Positions 10,445-22,135 of a stretch of DNA of 64,000 bases are shown here, piece after piece. The translations under genes were made by a program, and so were the position numbers. The notes below the pieces were generated by a model. The model saw nothing but the letters and a program-made list of their open reading frames with translations. It was not told the origin of the DNA and did not search any database. Numbering within the stretch: the first letter of the stretch is position 1; each line of letters starts with the position of its first letter. Source of the DNA: an uncultured delta proteobacterium (GTDB lineage Bacteria > Myxococcota > Myxococcia > Myxococcales > Myxococcaceae); assembly GCA_963713045.1 (NCBI GenBank), contig CAVQKE010000003.1, positions 512,001 to 576,000 of the forward strand, written 5' to 3'.

Positions 10445-11907
10445 GACGGCTGGCCGAGTCGCAAGCCGCGCGGAATGAGGAAGTGCCCGCACCACTCAAA
10501 GAAGCCCTGCACCACCAGGGCCAGAAGGGCCGCGGGGACTGCCCCTTCCAGCAACAGTCCGACGTTGTCTAGGCGAATGCCGGTGAGAATGGGCTGACCA
10601 AATCCTCCAGCGCCCACCAAGGCCCCGAGGGTGGCCGTCCCGACACAGATGACGGCCGAGGTTTGAATGCCGGCGAGGATGGAGGGCGAGGCGAGTGGCA
10701 GAGCAATTCTCCACAGGCGCGTCCAAGGCGACACGCCCAGCGCCTCGGCCGCTTCCTGCAGCTCGCCGGGGATACCGGTGAGCCCGGCGTGGGTGTTTCG
10801 CACCACGGGCAACAGTCCGTACAGAAAAAGTGCGGCGATGGCCGGGCGGGCTCCAATGCCCAGCAGTGGAATCATCAACACCAGCAGGGCCAGCGAGGGC
10901 AGCGTTTGGAGGATGCCCACCCCGGCCAGCACCACCTGCCCGAGGCGCGGGCGGCGCGCCGCCAGAATCCCCAACGGCAGGCCCACCAGGACGGAACCCG
11001 TCAGCGACACGGCGACCAGAAGCAGGTGGTCGCGCAGGTAGCCCAGCAGGCGCCGCGTCAGTCCCGGCAGCACTGGCGCCGCACTGTCAATCCCCTTGTG
11101 TTGGAGAAATTCGGCGGCGACTTCAGCTTCCGGCACGCGGTGCACTTTGGCCTGGACATTCATCGCCACCATGTCGTCGACGCCAATCCGGCCTTCCAGT
11201 TGCGACAGAGCGCGAAGGACGCTCGGCGTGGCGGCCGCCTCACGCACCAGCAGCAGCGCCTGGTACTCCGGGAAGTGGTGGCGGTCGTCCTCGAGGACCC
11301 GCAAGTGCAGCAGCTGGACCTCGGGGTCGGTGGAGTAGAGGTCGGTCACCTGGACGGCACCGCTCCCGAGCCCGCGGTAAGCCAGTTCATGGTCCATCCC
11401 CCGGACGTCTCTTTGGGGAAGGCTGTAGGCCCGCTGGAGCGCGCGCCATCCATCGGCGCGGTCGAGGAATTCGTTGCTGAAGGCGAAGCGCAGCTCTGGG
11501 TGGTTGGTCAAGTCCGAGATGCGACGGATGCCGAGGCGCTGCGCAGTGTCCAATTGCATCCCAAGCGCGTAACTGTCCGCGAAGCCGAAGACACAACCAA
11601 TGCGGACGCCGTGCCTGCCCAATTCAGCGCGCAGGGCCTCCAGCGTGGCCGGCACCTGGCCGGAGAAAATCTCCTCGGCCAGCGTGCCGGTGTATTCAGG
11701 GTAGGCGTCCAGGTCTCCCCGCTGTAGGGCGTCCCAGAGAATTCGGGTCCCGCCGAGCTCTCGCCGGTGAAGCGCAGGAATGTCGGCTGCCTTCAGCGTC
11801 AGGCTGACCACTTCCCCCAGAATGACAGACTCGGTGAAGGCCTTGCTTCCCACCTGCACTGGGGCGGGGAGCACCACCGCCAGCACCACCGAAGCCAAAA
11901 GCGTCAT
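10441..11907 (-). CDS. glycine betaine/osmoprotectant ABC transporter, fused substrate-binding and permease
   Basis: VGSKAFTES, YPEYTGT, LEDDRHHFPEY binding domain; permease QTLPSLALL and EAA loop. Confidence 0.92.
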   Translation of the reverse strand: MTLLASVVLAVVLPAPVQVGSKAFTESVILGEVVSLTLKAADIPALHRRELGGTRILWDALQRGDLDAYPEYTGTLAEEIFSGQVPATLEALRAELGRHGVRIGCVFGFADSYALGMQLDTAQRLGIRRISDLTNHPELRFAFSNEFLDRADGWRALQRAYSLPQRDVRGMDHELAYRGLGSGAVQVTDLYSTDPEVQLLHLRVLEDDRHHFPEYQALLLVREAAATPSVLRALSQLEGRIGVDDMVAMNVQAKVHRVPEAEVAAEFLQHKGIDSAAPVLPGLTRRLLGYLRDHLLLVAVSLTGSVLVGLPLGILAARRPRLGQVVLAGVGILQTLPSLALLVLMIPLLGIGARPAIAALFLYGLLPVVRNTHAGLTGIPGELQEAAEALGVSPWTRLWRIALPLASPSILAGIQTSAVICVGTATLGALVGAGGFGQPILTGIRLDNVGLLLEGAVPAALLALVVQGFFEWCGHFLIPRGLRLGQPS

Positions 11908-12656
11908 GGCCCTGGCTCCAGGGGTAAGGCGCGCTGGGCCCGGACGAAGCGTCTCACGAAGTCGTCGGCCGGCCGACGGACGAAGTCCTCCGCCGTCCCA
12001 CTTTGCACCACGCGTCCTTCGCGCAGCAGCACCAGAATGTCGCCCAGGTAGGCCGCCTCACCGAGGTCGTGGGTGACGAGCACCACCGTCGTGCCAAGGG
12101 CACGGAAGGTGGCCCGAAGGTCGTCCTGCAACTCTGAGCGGATGATGGGGTCGAGCGCTCCCAGCGGCTCATCGAGAAGTACCAGCTCCGGCTCGAGCAT
12201 CAGCGCACGCAGCAGGCTCACCCGCTGGCGCTGGCCGCCGGACAGCTCTGCCGGGTAGCGGCCGAGGACCGCGACTGGGAGCTGCACTTGCTCCAGCAGC
12301 ACCCGTAAGCGCGCGGCGACCCGCGCGCCATCCCAGCCCAGGTAGCGTGCCACCAGCGCGGCGTTGTCCTCGACGTTGAGGTGCGGGAAGAGGCCTCCGC
12401 CCTGTAACACGAGACCCATCCGCCGACGCTCCTCCGGCGCGGTGGCCGGGGTCAGCGGCCGGTCGTGGAAGAGGACGCGCCCGGTGTCGGGCCTCACCAA
12501 GCCCACCATCATCCGCAGCAGCGTCGACTTTCCGGAGCCGCTTGGACCGACCAACACCGTCGTCTTCCCGGCGGGGATGGACAGCGTCAGGGGGAAAACC
12601 GCCGGCACCCCTTGAAAGGAGCGCGAGACGTTCTCCAGAAGTAGCAGCGCCGTCAT
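11904..12656 (-). CDS. osmoprotectant ABC transporter ATP-binding protein
   Basis: Walker A GPSGSGKS, LSGGQRQR, LLDEPLGALD, VTHD; ATGA overlap with permease gene. Confidence 0.93.
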   Translation of the reverse strand: MTALLLLENVSRSFQGVPAVFPLTLSIPAGKTTVLVGPSGSGKSTLLRMMVGLVRPDTGRVLFHDRPLTPATAPEERRRMGLVLQGGGLFPHLNVEDNAALVARYLGWDGARVAARLRVLLEQVQLPVAVLGRYPAELSGGQRQRVSLLRALMLEPELVLLDEPLGALDPIIRSELQDDLRATFRALGTTVVLVTHDLGEAAYLGDILVLLREGRVVQSGTAEDFVRRPADDFVRRFVRAQRALPLEPGP

Positions 12657-13252
12657 GCGGCCTCAGAGAGGCGTCGGCCACGCGCGCTGAGCGCTCGGCC
12701 CACCAGCTCTCGATGCCAGCTGTCCAAGGCCGCAGCCAACGCCTCGCCTTCCAGAAGCCCGACCGCCGAGGAGATGGCTTCCAGGGTGGAGAGATGTTGG
12801 GGCGAGGGAGGGACCCGGAGGCCGAAGCGGCGGGGACGCGGCCGGACGCTGAGCCGGGGCAGGCCGCTCAACGCCGGCAGCGAACGCAGCATCCGGCGCA
12901 CCTGGCGCCAGGTGCCGTCGAGCACCACCAAACGCTGGGGCGTGCCAAGGGGTCGCTCCGGGGCCGCCGCTGGCGCCTCGCCCGGGAAAAGCAACCAGTC
13001 ACCCGGCTGCCCGAGGTCCCGGAGGTAAGCGACGTCAGGCCGGCTGCCCCATCGGCGCAGCTCGCAGTGCGGCAGAAGCAGTGCGGCCCAGCGCGCGGTG
13101 TTGCTGCTTTTGTCGGCCTCGCGTGCGTGGCGCACGACGACGAAGTGCGTCCGGACGGCGAGGCTTGGCAAGAATGCACAGGCACAAACGCAGACCTTCA
13201 GTGCACAGCGGGCGCAGCGGCCACCGCCGTTCGGCGCGGTACGAGACCTCAT
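12653..13252 (-). CDS. DTW-domain tRNA-uridine aminocarboxypropyltransferase-like protein
   Basis: N-terminal CxxC...CxC, HARE..KSSNT, LDGTW, LSTLEA. Confidence 0.85.
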   Translation of the reverse strand: MRSRTAPNGGGRCARCALKVCVCACAFLPSLAVRTHFVVVRHAREADKSSNTARWAALLLPHCELRRWGSRPDVAYLRDLGQPGDWLLFPGEAPAAAPERPLGTPQRLVVLDGTWRQVRRMLRSLPALSGLPRLSVRPRPRRFGLRVPPSPQHLSTLEAISSAVGLLEGEALAAALDSWHRELVGRALSARGRRLSEAA

Positions 13253-13393
13253 CGGACTGCCCCCAGGCGCCGCATGGCAGCGGACTCTACAGACACTTGG
13301 CGCGCGACTCGCCAGTGGAAACGCGCAACCGGAGGCCGGTGGGCCCGCGGGCCGTCCCCTGGGACAATTCGCCCCGGGGGGGGGTGGAAGCCT

Positions 13394-14362
13394 TCAGCGC
13401 CGGGTCGCGACGCGCTGCAGGAAGGCCTGGACGAAGCTTTTCTCGGCGTCCGGCAAGCTCACCAGGCGAACCCCGAAGCCGACCGGGGTCCGCGGGTCTG
13501 CGCCGGCATTCTCGAGGATGACGCGGCCGCGGGCCTTGATTTCCCGCGCCGGCTCGTCGAAACGAAACACCACCTCCACTGGCGTTCCAAGCGGCAACGA
13601 GGTGTGGCAGGCCAGAAACACGCCGCCGCTCTGCAGGTTCACCAGTGGGTGTTGGGTAAACATGGCGCTGTTGCGCGCATTCACCTTCACCGTGACCTCC
13701 ACGCGGTCGTCCCGCCGCTCCAGTCCGACGAATTCAGTTGGCTGGTAGCTGGGCCGTGCCGGGGCCTCCGGGCTGCGGGGCAGAGAGCGCAAGGCCGGTT
13801 TCGGCTTTTGGGCGGCTACAACCGGCATCGGCTTGGCCGGCTTCTCGGCCGGCGTCGACAAGGGAGTGTCCCTGGGGACAGGCATCGCGCCCACCGCTCG
13901 GCCCGCGGTGAGCTCGTTCTCGATGTGCACCATCAGTCGGCTGAGGAAGTGAAAGGCGTCTGAGTACGCGCGGCGCAAGTCGGGGTGGGCTTGAGCGCGC
14001 ACTCGGTCTGGGTAAAAGCGCTTCACCAGTTTGAAGAAGGCGTTGCGGTAGGCGTCGAGGGAAGCGTCCTGGGCAATGTGGAAAAGCTCGTGCGGCGTCT
14101 TCCCCTGCATCCCGCGCAGCTGGTCCCACACCCGGCCGGCCTCCTGCCGTTCGAGCTCGAGGAGCACCTCGGGCTTCGGTGCATGCAGCAGCAGGGCGAG
14201 GATTTCGGGGAACTGTTCTGGCGCGCCCCAGCGCTGGCCGTCGGTGCTCGCCCGGGTGACGTCTTGCAGCCGTCCGGTGCTCACCAACTCTTGAACGATG
14301 TCCAGGGTGACCGGCCCAAGCACCCGGCCTTCTGCGTCGCCTATCCAATAGGAGGAAGCCAT
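13394..14362 (-). CDS. GYF-like + J-like + PilZ multidomain protein
   Basis: N-terminal YW...LGPVTL...W (GYF_2-like); J-like helices with KRFYPD; C-terminal PilZ (RRDDR, NLQSGGVF, GFGVRL). Confidence 0.75.
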   Translation of the reverse strand: MASSYWIGDAEGRVLGPVTLDIVQELVSTGRLQDVTRASTDGQRWGAPEQFPEILALLLHAPKPEVLLELERQEAGRVWDQLRGMQGKTPHELFHIAQDASLDAYRNAFFKLVKRFYPDRVRAQAHPDLRRAYSDAFHFLSRLMVHIENELTAGRAVGAMPVPRDTPLSTPAEKPAKPMPVVAAQKPKPALRSLPRSPEAPARPSYQPTEFVGLERRDDRVEVTVKVNARNSAMFTQHPLVNLQSGGVFLACHTSLPLGTPVEVVFRFDEPAREIKARGRVILENAGADPRTPVGFGVRLVSLPDAEKSFVQAFLQRVATRR

Positions 14363-14365
14363 CCG

Positions 14366-14725
14366 TCAGTTCGCCAAGGCGCGATCCACGGCGGAGGTAA
14401 TTTCCACGGGGTGGAAAGGTTTGGTGATGTAGCCGGCGGCGCCCGCCTCCAGCGCCTGGGCCACCAGCCGTTCGCTGTCGAGCGAGCTGATGACCAGAAC
14501 CCGGGCCGATGGCCAGCGTTCCCGCATCATCGCCAGGGCCTCCATGCCACTCAGCCGGGGCATGAAGAGGTCGAGCAGGATGAGTTGGGGAACGCGCTCT
14601 CCCAAGACGTCCAGCGCCTCGCGCCCATCCTCCGCCTCCAGCAGGGCGTGGCCACGCCCGTCGAGCACGTCCTTCAACAAGGTGCGGACGAAGGCGTCAT
14701 CATCAACAATGAGGATGGTGGCCAA
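14366..14725 (-). CDS. single-domain response regulator (CheY-like receiver)
   Basis: ILIVDDD, LLDLFMP, YITKPF; probable TTG start after AGGA. Confidence 0.9.
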   Translation of the reverse strand: MATILIVDDDAFVRTLLKDVLDGRGHALLEAEDGREALDVLGERVPQLILLDLFMPRLSGMEALAMMRERWPSARVLVISSLDSERLVAQALEAGAAGYITKPFHPVEITSAVDRALAN

Positions 14726-14896
14726 AGTCCTATGACGCTGCACGGAGCGGCGAGAGCCGTCAACCCCCAGTGCACCTACTCTGACCGACGTCGGCCAGGG
14801 GGTACCCCGACTCCGCTGGCGAAGGAAAAGGACAGCAGGCGTGACCCTGGGTGACAAGAGAACCGGGGGTGCCCGGGCGGACCCAGCAGCTGGGTG

Positions 14897-15439
14897 TCAG
14901 TCTTCGAGTTCGCCGTGCCAGTAGGCGACGTCGCGGAGGAATTTGCGCCAGGCGTGGGGCATCCCCGGCTCATAGCCGAAGGAGAGGCGAAACGTCTCGG
15001 GCAACTTCTTCGGTTTGTGGGGCTCACTCAAGAGCGACATGCCCGCTTGAGGCGGAGTCCGTCCGCCCTTGCGTTGGTTACACGGAAAACAGCAGATGAC
15101 CACGTTTTCCCAGGTGGTGTGGCCGCCATGGGCGCGCGGAACGACATGGTCATAGGTGGCGTCTTGGCGAGAGACGCGCTGGTGACAGTACTGGCAGCGT
15201 CCGGTGTCGCGGGCGTAGACGTTTTCCCGACTGAATTTGATGGCCCGCTTGCGACCGCGGATGGCGCGCAGAAAGCGGATGACGGACGGCATTTTGAGCG
15301 ACACCGTGACGGAGCGAACCAGCCGGTCGTCGTACTCCTCGACAATCTCCACCTTTCCCAGAAACAGGAGGTGGATGGCCCGCTGCCAAGGGACACGGGC
15401 CACCGGCTCGTACCCCGTGCTCAACACCAGCGTCTCCAT
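14897..15439 (-). CDS. HNH endonuclease (HNH_5/McrA-like)
   Basis: TLVLS..YEP, RD..RCQYC, TYDHVVPRAHGG..TWENVVICC..CNQRKG. Confidence 0.92.
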   Translation of the reverse strand: METLVLSTGYEPVARVPWQRAIHLLFLGKVEIVEEYDDRLVRSVTVSLKMPSVIRFLRAIRGRKRAIKFSRENVYARDTGRCQYCHQRVSRQDATYDHVVPRAHGGHTTWENVVICCFPCNQRKGGRTPPQAGMSLLSEPHKPKKLPETFRLSFGYEPGMPHAWRKFLRDVAYWHGELED

Positions 15440-15528
15440 GGGGCGCGCATACTACATGCTTGCCCACCCTAGCGGTGTGAAGAGTTGAGGACGCTAGAGC
15501 CAGCTCGCCGCGTGGCGGGACGAAACCT

Positions 15529-15849
15529 TCAGTGCTGAGAGGCGCGAAGCCTGACCAGCGTGACACCCCAGCCCCCGCGTGCCTCCTCGGCGGTACGCAC
15601 CTGCAGAACGTCGTCGCGGTTGGACAGCAGCGCTTGGACGCGTCGGCGTAAGGCACCGGTGCCCTTGCCGTGGATGACTTCCAGTTCCAACACACCCGCC
15701 GCCCGGCATTCCTCCACATACGCTGCGAGGAGCTCCGGCACGTCTTGCGGACGAAAGAGGTGCAAGTCGAGCCGCCCGTCCAGCGGCAGCGCCACCGGGG
15801 GACCCTCCCCGCCGTCGTCCACGGCCCCTGGGCGCTCCTTTCCCGTCAA
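15529..15849 (-). CDS. stand-alone Smr/MutS2 C-terminal domain protein
   Basis: LDLH, VIHGKGTGALR, GGWGVT. Confidence 0.9.
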   Translation of the reverse strand: MTGKERPGAVDDGGEGPPVALPLDGRLDLHLFRPQDVPELLAAYVEECRAAGVLELEVIHGKGTGALRRRVQALLSNRDDVLQVRTAEEARGGWGVTLVRLRASQH

Positions 15850-17030
15850 CGTCCCTTCCCGGAGCGCAGGGCGAGAAAGCGCGCCAGCGCTTGGGCCTTG
15901 GGGACCAGGGAGGACACCTCAATGTATTCCTCGACGGTGTGGAAGCCCTTGCCCCTGGGCCCGAGTCCGTCGATGGACGGAATCCCACTGCTGCTGGTGG
16001 TGCTCGCGTCCGAGCCCCCGCCGATGAGGCCCGCTTCGCCGCCGCCCAGCCCCGAGGCCCGCGCGCAGGCAGCGTAGGCCTCGCGCAGTGTTGCACTCTC
16101 CGACGAGCGCTCGAGCGGCTCCCGGGAGATGCCCCCCGACAGCTCAATTCGGGTCCCCGGAATGGAGGCCGCAGCGTTCCGCCCGGCCTCCCGGAAGCGC
16201 TCCAGCAGCTGCTCGCCGTCGGCACGGGTGCAGAAACGCAGGTCGACGTGCGCTTCGGCATAGTCCGGCACCGTATTCTTCCCTTGGCCGCCCAAGACTT
16301 TCCCGACATTGACGGTAATTCCGCGCGGGTAGTCAGTCAGCTGCTGGACGGCGTCCACAAAACGGGCGACGGCCCAGAGGGCGTTGGCCCCCTCCGCGTG
16401 GTGGTTTCCGGCGTGGACCGCCTTGCCATGTGCCACCGCCTCCACCGCGCCGGTGCCCTTGCGCCGGGTGATGATGGCGTCCTCGGCCCGACCGGACTCG
16501 AAGACGAGGGCCGCCGCGCTTCCGGCGCAAGCCTGGCGAATGACGACCTGTCCTTCGGGCGAGCCCACCTCCTCGTCCGAGACGACCACCAGCCGCAGTG
16601 GCGGCAGCTGAGCGAGCCCCACCGTCTCGGCCAGTGCCTGGAGGGCCGCCCCCACCACCACCAGGCCACCCTTCATGTCCAGCGTGCCAGGGCCCCGGCG
16701 CAGCTCTCCGTCGACCCGGTACCCTTCAAACTTGCCTGGAGGGAAGACGGTGTCCAAGTGACCCAGCAGTGCCACCGGGGCAAGCCCGGGCGCGCCTTGG
16801 GAGCGAAACACCAGGTGGTCGGCGTAGCGCCGACTGGCGACCACCTCGCACTCGAGACCTTCCAGCCTCCACTGCTCGCGGAGAAGCCGACCGACTTGCC
16901 TGCCGCCCTCGGCATTCTCAGTGAAGGAGTTCACCTCCACCAGCGGCGCCAGCGCCTTCTCCAAGGCGGCCGTCTTGCCGGCCAGCCACTGCGCCGCTTC
17001 GTCGGCAGCCGTTCCCATGGGCGGCTTCAT
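15846..17030 (-). CDS. M20 family metallopeptidase (carboxypeptidase G2-like)
   Basis: GHLDTV, DMKGG, SDEEVGS, FES, GGGSD, FHT..E. Confidence 0.9.
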   Translation of the reverse strand: MKPPMGTAADEAAQWLAGKTAALEKALAPLVEVNSFTENAEGGRQVGRLLREQWRLEGLECEVVASRRYADHLVFRSQGAPGLAPVALLGHLDTVFPPGKFEGYRVDGELRRGPGTLDMKGGLVVVGAALQALAETVGLAQLPPLRLVVVSDEEVGSPEGQVVIRQACAGSAAALVFESGRAEDAIITRRKGTGAVEAVAHGKAVHAGNHHAEGANALWAVARFVDAVQQLTDYPRGITVNVGKVLGGQGKNTVPDYAEAHVDLRFCTRADGEQLLERFREAGRNAAASIPGTRIELSGGISREPLERSSESATLREAYAACARASGLGGGEAGLIGGGSDASTTSSSGIPSIDGLGPRGKGFHTVEEYIEVSSLVPKAQALARFLALRSGKGR

Positions 17031-17764
17031 ACCAGAAGCAGCCAGGCCCCCCAGCTGAGCAACCCCAGCCCCGCTGCCCAGCGCACTGGCCAGCGTTCGG
17101 GCGCCACGTTTTCAAGCAGCAGCAGCCCGGTGAGAAGCACCATCGCCGCCGGGCTCATCACGCCGGTGACAAACAGCACCAGCATCAACACGCCGCACGA
17201 GCCAAGAGAGAGGAGGCCCTGGCCGGTGCCCCGAAGAAACGGCTCCGCCAAGCCCTCCCCCGCCGCCCCGGCCAGCCGGGCCCGTGACCGACAGCGTTCG
17301 AGGCAGGCACGCTTCAGGGGGGTGAGTTGCATGAAGCCGGCGGCGAGCAAAAGGCAGCCTCCCAGCATCCGGCTTGTCGTGGCCATCTGCGCAGTCAACA
17401 GCCCGGCCTCAGCGAGCCGCCCCTGCAGCAGCGCCGCCCCGAGACTGGCGACCATCCACAACAGCAGGTAGCCCGAGAGGAAGGCCAAGGGGCGAAGCAG
17501 GGGCTCGCGCCGGTGAGCGCGCACCAGCCACAGCAGGCGTGGCACCTCGGGCGGCACCATCATCGCAACCATCATTGCCCCCCACATCAGAGCGACGGGC
17601 CAGAGGTTGGCCGGGTGGTGGTGCGCGCCCTCCGCCATCTCGGCCCCGACGCGCAGTGACCAACTCCAGGAAGCGACGCACAGGGTGGCCAACAGCGCCA
17701 GCATGCGGCGCTGGTCGCGCCGCACGGACCCGACGTCACGGGCGAGGGCCAAGGTCCTTTCCAC
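17027..17764 (-). CDS. DUF2182-type predicted metal-binding integral membrane protein
   Basis: MWGAMMVAMM.P, GYLLLW, QLTPLKRACLERCR, G.C..LM.VLF..GVM, N-terminal HHH. Confidence 0.8.
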   Translation of the reverse strand: MERTLALARDVGSVRRDQRRMLALLATLCVASWSWSLRVGAEMAEGAHHHPANLWPVALMWGAMMVAMMVPPEVPRLLWLVRAHRREPLLRPLAFLSGYLLLWMVASLGAALLQGRLAEAGLLTAQMATTSRMLGGCLLLAAGFMQLTPLKRACLERCRSRARLAGAAGEGLAEPFLRGTGQGLLSLGSCGVLMLVLFVTGVMSPAAMVLLTGLLLLENVAPERWPVRWAAGLGLLSWGAWLLLV

Positions 17765-17767
17765 GGC

Positions 17768-20134
<2,367 letters not shown>

Positions 20135-20143
20135 GGTGTCCTC

Positions 20144-20614
20144 CTAGGCCATCCGTTCGGCCGCCGACTGAATGGCTTTGACGATGTTCACGTACCCGGT
20201 ACACCGGCACAGGTTTCCGGAGATGGCCTCTCGTATTTCGAGCTCGGTGGGCTTCTTGTTGCGCGCGAGGAGGGCGGCGCTGGTCATCATCATCCCCGGG
20301 GTGCAGTAGCCACACTGCAGGCCATGCTTCTCCCAGAAGCCTTCTTGAATGGGATGGAGCTTGCCGTCCTTCTCCAGGCCCTCCACCGTCGTCAGCTGGT
20401 GGCCGTCGGCCTGCACCGCCAGCATGGTGCAGGACTTGACCGGTTGGCCGTCGAGCAGCACGGTGCAGGCTCCGCAGTGGGTGGTGTCACAGCCGATGTG
20501 GGTTCCCGTCAAGCGCAGGTTCTCCCGCAGATGGTGCACCAACAGCAGGCGCGACTCGACTGTGGCCTGCTGCTCCACCCCATTCACCGTCAGGCTGATT
20601 GTGTGTGTCGCCAT
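20144..20614 (-). CDS. coxS: CO dehydrogenase small (2Fe-2S) subunit
   Basis: [27 protein letters not shown]. Confidence 0.95.
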   Translation of the reverse strand: MATHTISLTVNGVEQQATVESRLLLVHHLRENLRLTGTHIGCDTTHCGACTVLLDGQPVKSCTMLAVQADGHQLTTVEGLEKDGKLHPIQEGFWEKHGLQCGYCTPGMMMTSAALLARNKKPTELEIREAISGNLCRCTGYVNIVKAIQSAAERMA

Positions 20615-20616
20615 GG

Positions 20617-21489
20617 CTAGCGGCCTCCTGCCCGTTCGAATGCCTTCTTCAGGGCGCGGACTGCAAGCACGCGCCCCATCTCCTTCTTGTAGTCCGGTGC
20701 TCCGCGCCGGTCGGCGCTGGGCGAGGTGACCGCAGCGGCCGCCCGTGCCGCTGCTTCCAGTGTCGCCGCATCCGGTTTCTTCCCAATCAGCTGTTTCTCG
20801 GCCGCGGTGGCTCGGACCGCCGTCGGGCCGACGTTGGTGAGGGCCAGGGCCGCCTGTTCCACGGCGCCCGAGGCGTTCAGCGTGACGTAGGCGGCCGCCG
20901 CCGCGGTGGCATAGTCCCCCACCTTACGCTCGAATTTGACGTACGCCCCGCCACTCCGGGCGGCGGGCACCGGAATGCGGATTTCCGTCACAATCTCATC
21001 CGGCTTTAGCGCGGTGGAGAACAGCCCCAGGAAGAACTTGTCGATGGGAATGACACGCTCGCCCTTTGGCCCGGTGGCCACCACCTGCGCACCGAGGACG
21101 AGCATCGTGGCCGGATGGTCATTGCCCGGGTCGCCGTGGGCGAGGTTGCCACCGACGGTGGCCAGGTTCCGCACCAGCGGGTCGGCAATCACCAGAACCG
21201 TGTCGAGGAGGATGGGGTAACGGGTGCGGATAAGCTCCGAATGCTCGAGCGTGGACTCGCGGGTCCGCCCGCCGATGCGCAGCATTCCCCCCTCCTCCTT
21301 AACGTATTCCAACCCTGGAATGCGCCCGATGTCCACCAGGTGGCTGGCTTGCCCGAGGCGCAGCTTGAGGAGTGGCAGGAGGCTTTGGCCGCCGGAGAGC
21401 ACCTTGGCGCCGTCGCCGAATTTGGTCAGCAGCGCGACCGCTTCGGACAGGCTTTGGGGTGCGTGGTAGTCGAAGGCAGCTGGGATCAT
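20617..21489 (-). CDS. coxM: CO dehydrogenase medium (FAD) subunit
   Basis: [41 protein letters not shown]. Confidence 0.95.
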   Translation of the reverse strand: MIPAAFDYHAPQSLSEAVALLTKFGDGAKVLSGGQSLLPLLKLRLGQASHLVDIGRIPGLEYVKEEGGMLRIGGRTRESTLEHSELIRTRYPILLDTVLVIADPLVRNLATVGGNLAHGDPGNDHPATMLVLGAQVVATGPKGERVIPIDKFFLGLFSTALKPDEIVTEIRIPVPAARSGGAYVKFERKVGDYATAAAAAYVTLNASGAVEQAALALTNVGPTAVRATAAEKQLIGKKPDAATLEAAARAAAAVTSPSADRRGAPDYKKEMGRVLAVRALKKAFERAGGR

Positions 21490-21505
21490 CTCTCCTCCTC
21501 AGCGG

Positions 21506-22135
21506 TTATTGACGCGAAAGAAACCACAAGAGGGCGGCGAGGATAACGACGGCCACCCAGAAAACGGGTCGCTGGGCCAGCCGTCCGGCGGCCCGGCGCG
21601 CGGCGGCGCCTCCGAGCGCCACCACGTCCAGTGCCGGGGCGGCCGGGGGCGCCGCCGCTGGGGAGGCTTCCGGGCCGCTGGCCGTCGGCGTCTCGAGCTC
21701 GGCTTTCATCCGGTCGGAGAACATTTGAAAAATCTGGTCGCTGACGTCTTGCACCATCCCCCGGCCCATTTGCGCGAGCAGCCCACTCACATTCACCTGA
21801 CTGACGGCGGTGACTTCCGTCTGGCCCCCACCGAGGTCCCGCACGCTGCTGGTGAGCTGGAGGTCGGCTCCTCCTTTGCCCCGCACGTCTTGTCCGGTGG
21901 CGCGAATCTCCGCGGTGCGGGTGGTCGGGTCGAGCCGCTGGAAGATGACTTTCCCCTTGTAGCTGGAGGAAACCGGCCCCACCTTGACCGTCATCGTCCC
22001 GGTATAAGTCTTCTCGTCCAGCTGCTCCCCGATGGCGGCGCCGGGAAGCGACTGCGCGACGCGCTGCGGGTTGGTCAGAAACGCCCAGACTGCGTCGGGC
22101 GCAGCCCTCACGGTGAACGTCTTGGTGATTTCCAT
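21506..22135 (-). CDS. coxG: CoxG/SRPBCC protein with C-terminal membrane anchor
   Basis: VWAFL...LPGA, VKVGPV..YKG, GLLAQMGRG, Pro/Ala linker and terminal TM; ATG overlaps xdhC stop (TGATG). Confidence 0.85.
   Translation of the reverse strand: MEITKTFTVRAAPDAVWAFLTNPQRVAQSLPGAAIGEQLDEKTYTGTMTVKVGPVSSSYKGKVIFQRLDPTTRTAEIRATGQDVRGKGGADLQLTSSVRDLGGGQTEVTAVSQVNVSGLLAQMGRGMVQDVSDQIFQMFSDRMKAELETPTASGPEASPAAAPPAAPALDVVALGGAAARRAAGRLAQRPVFWVAVVILAALLWFLSRQ

Noticed and set aside
14897..15849. HNH plus Smr as a defence or mobile system
   Set aside because: Both are common stand-alone genes; no methylase, RuvC, repeats or element ends
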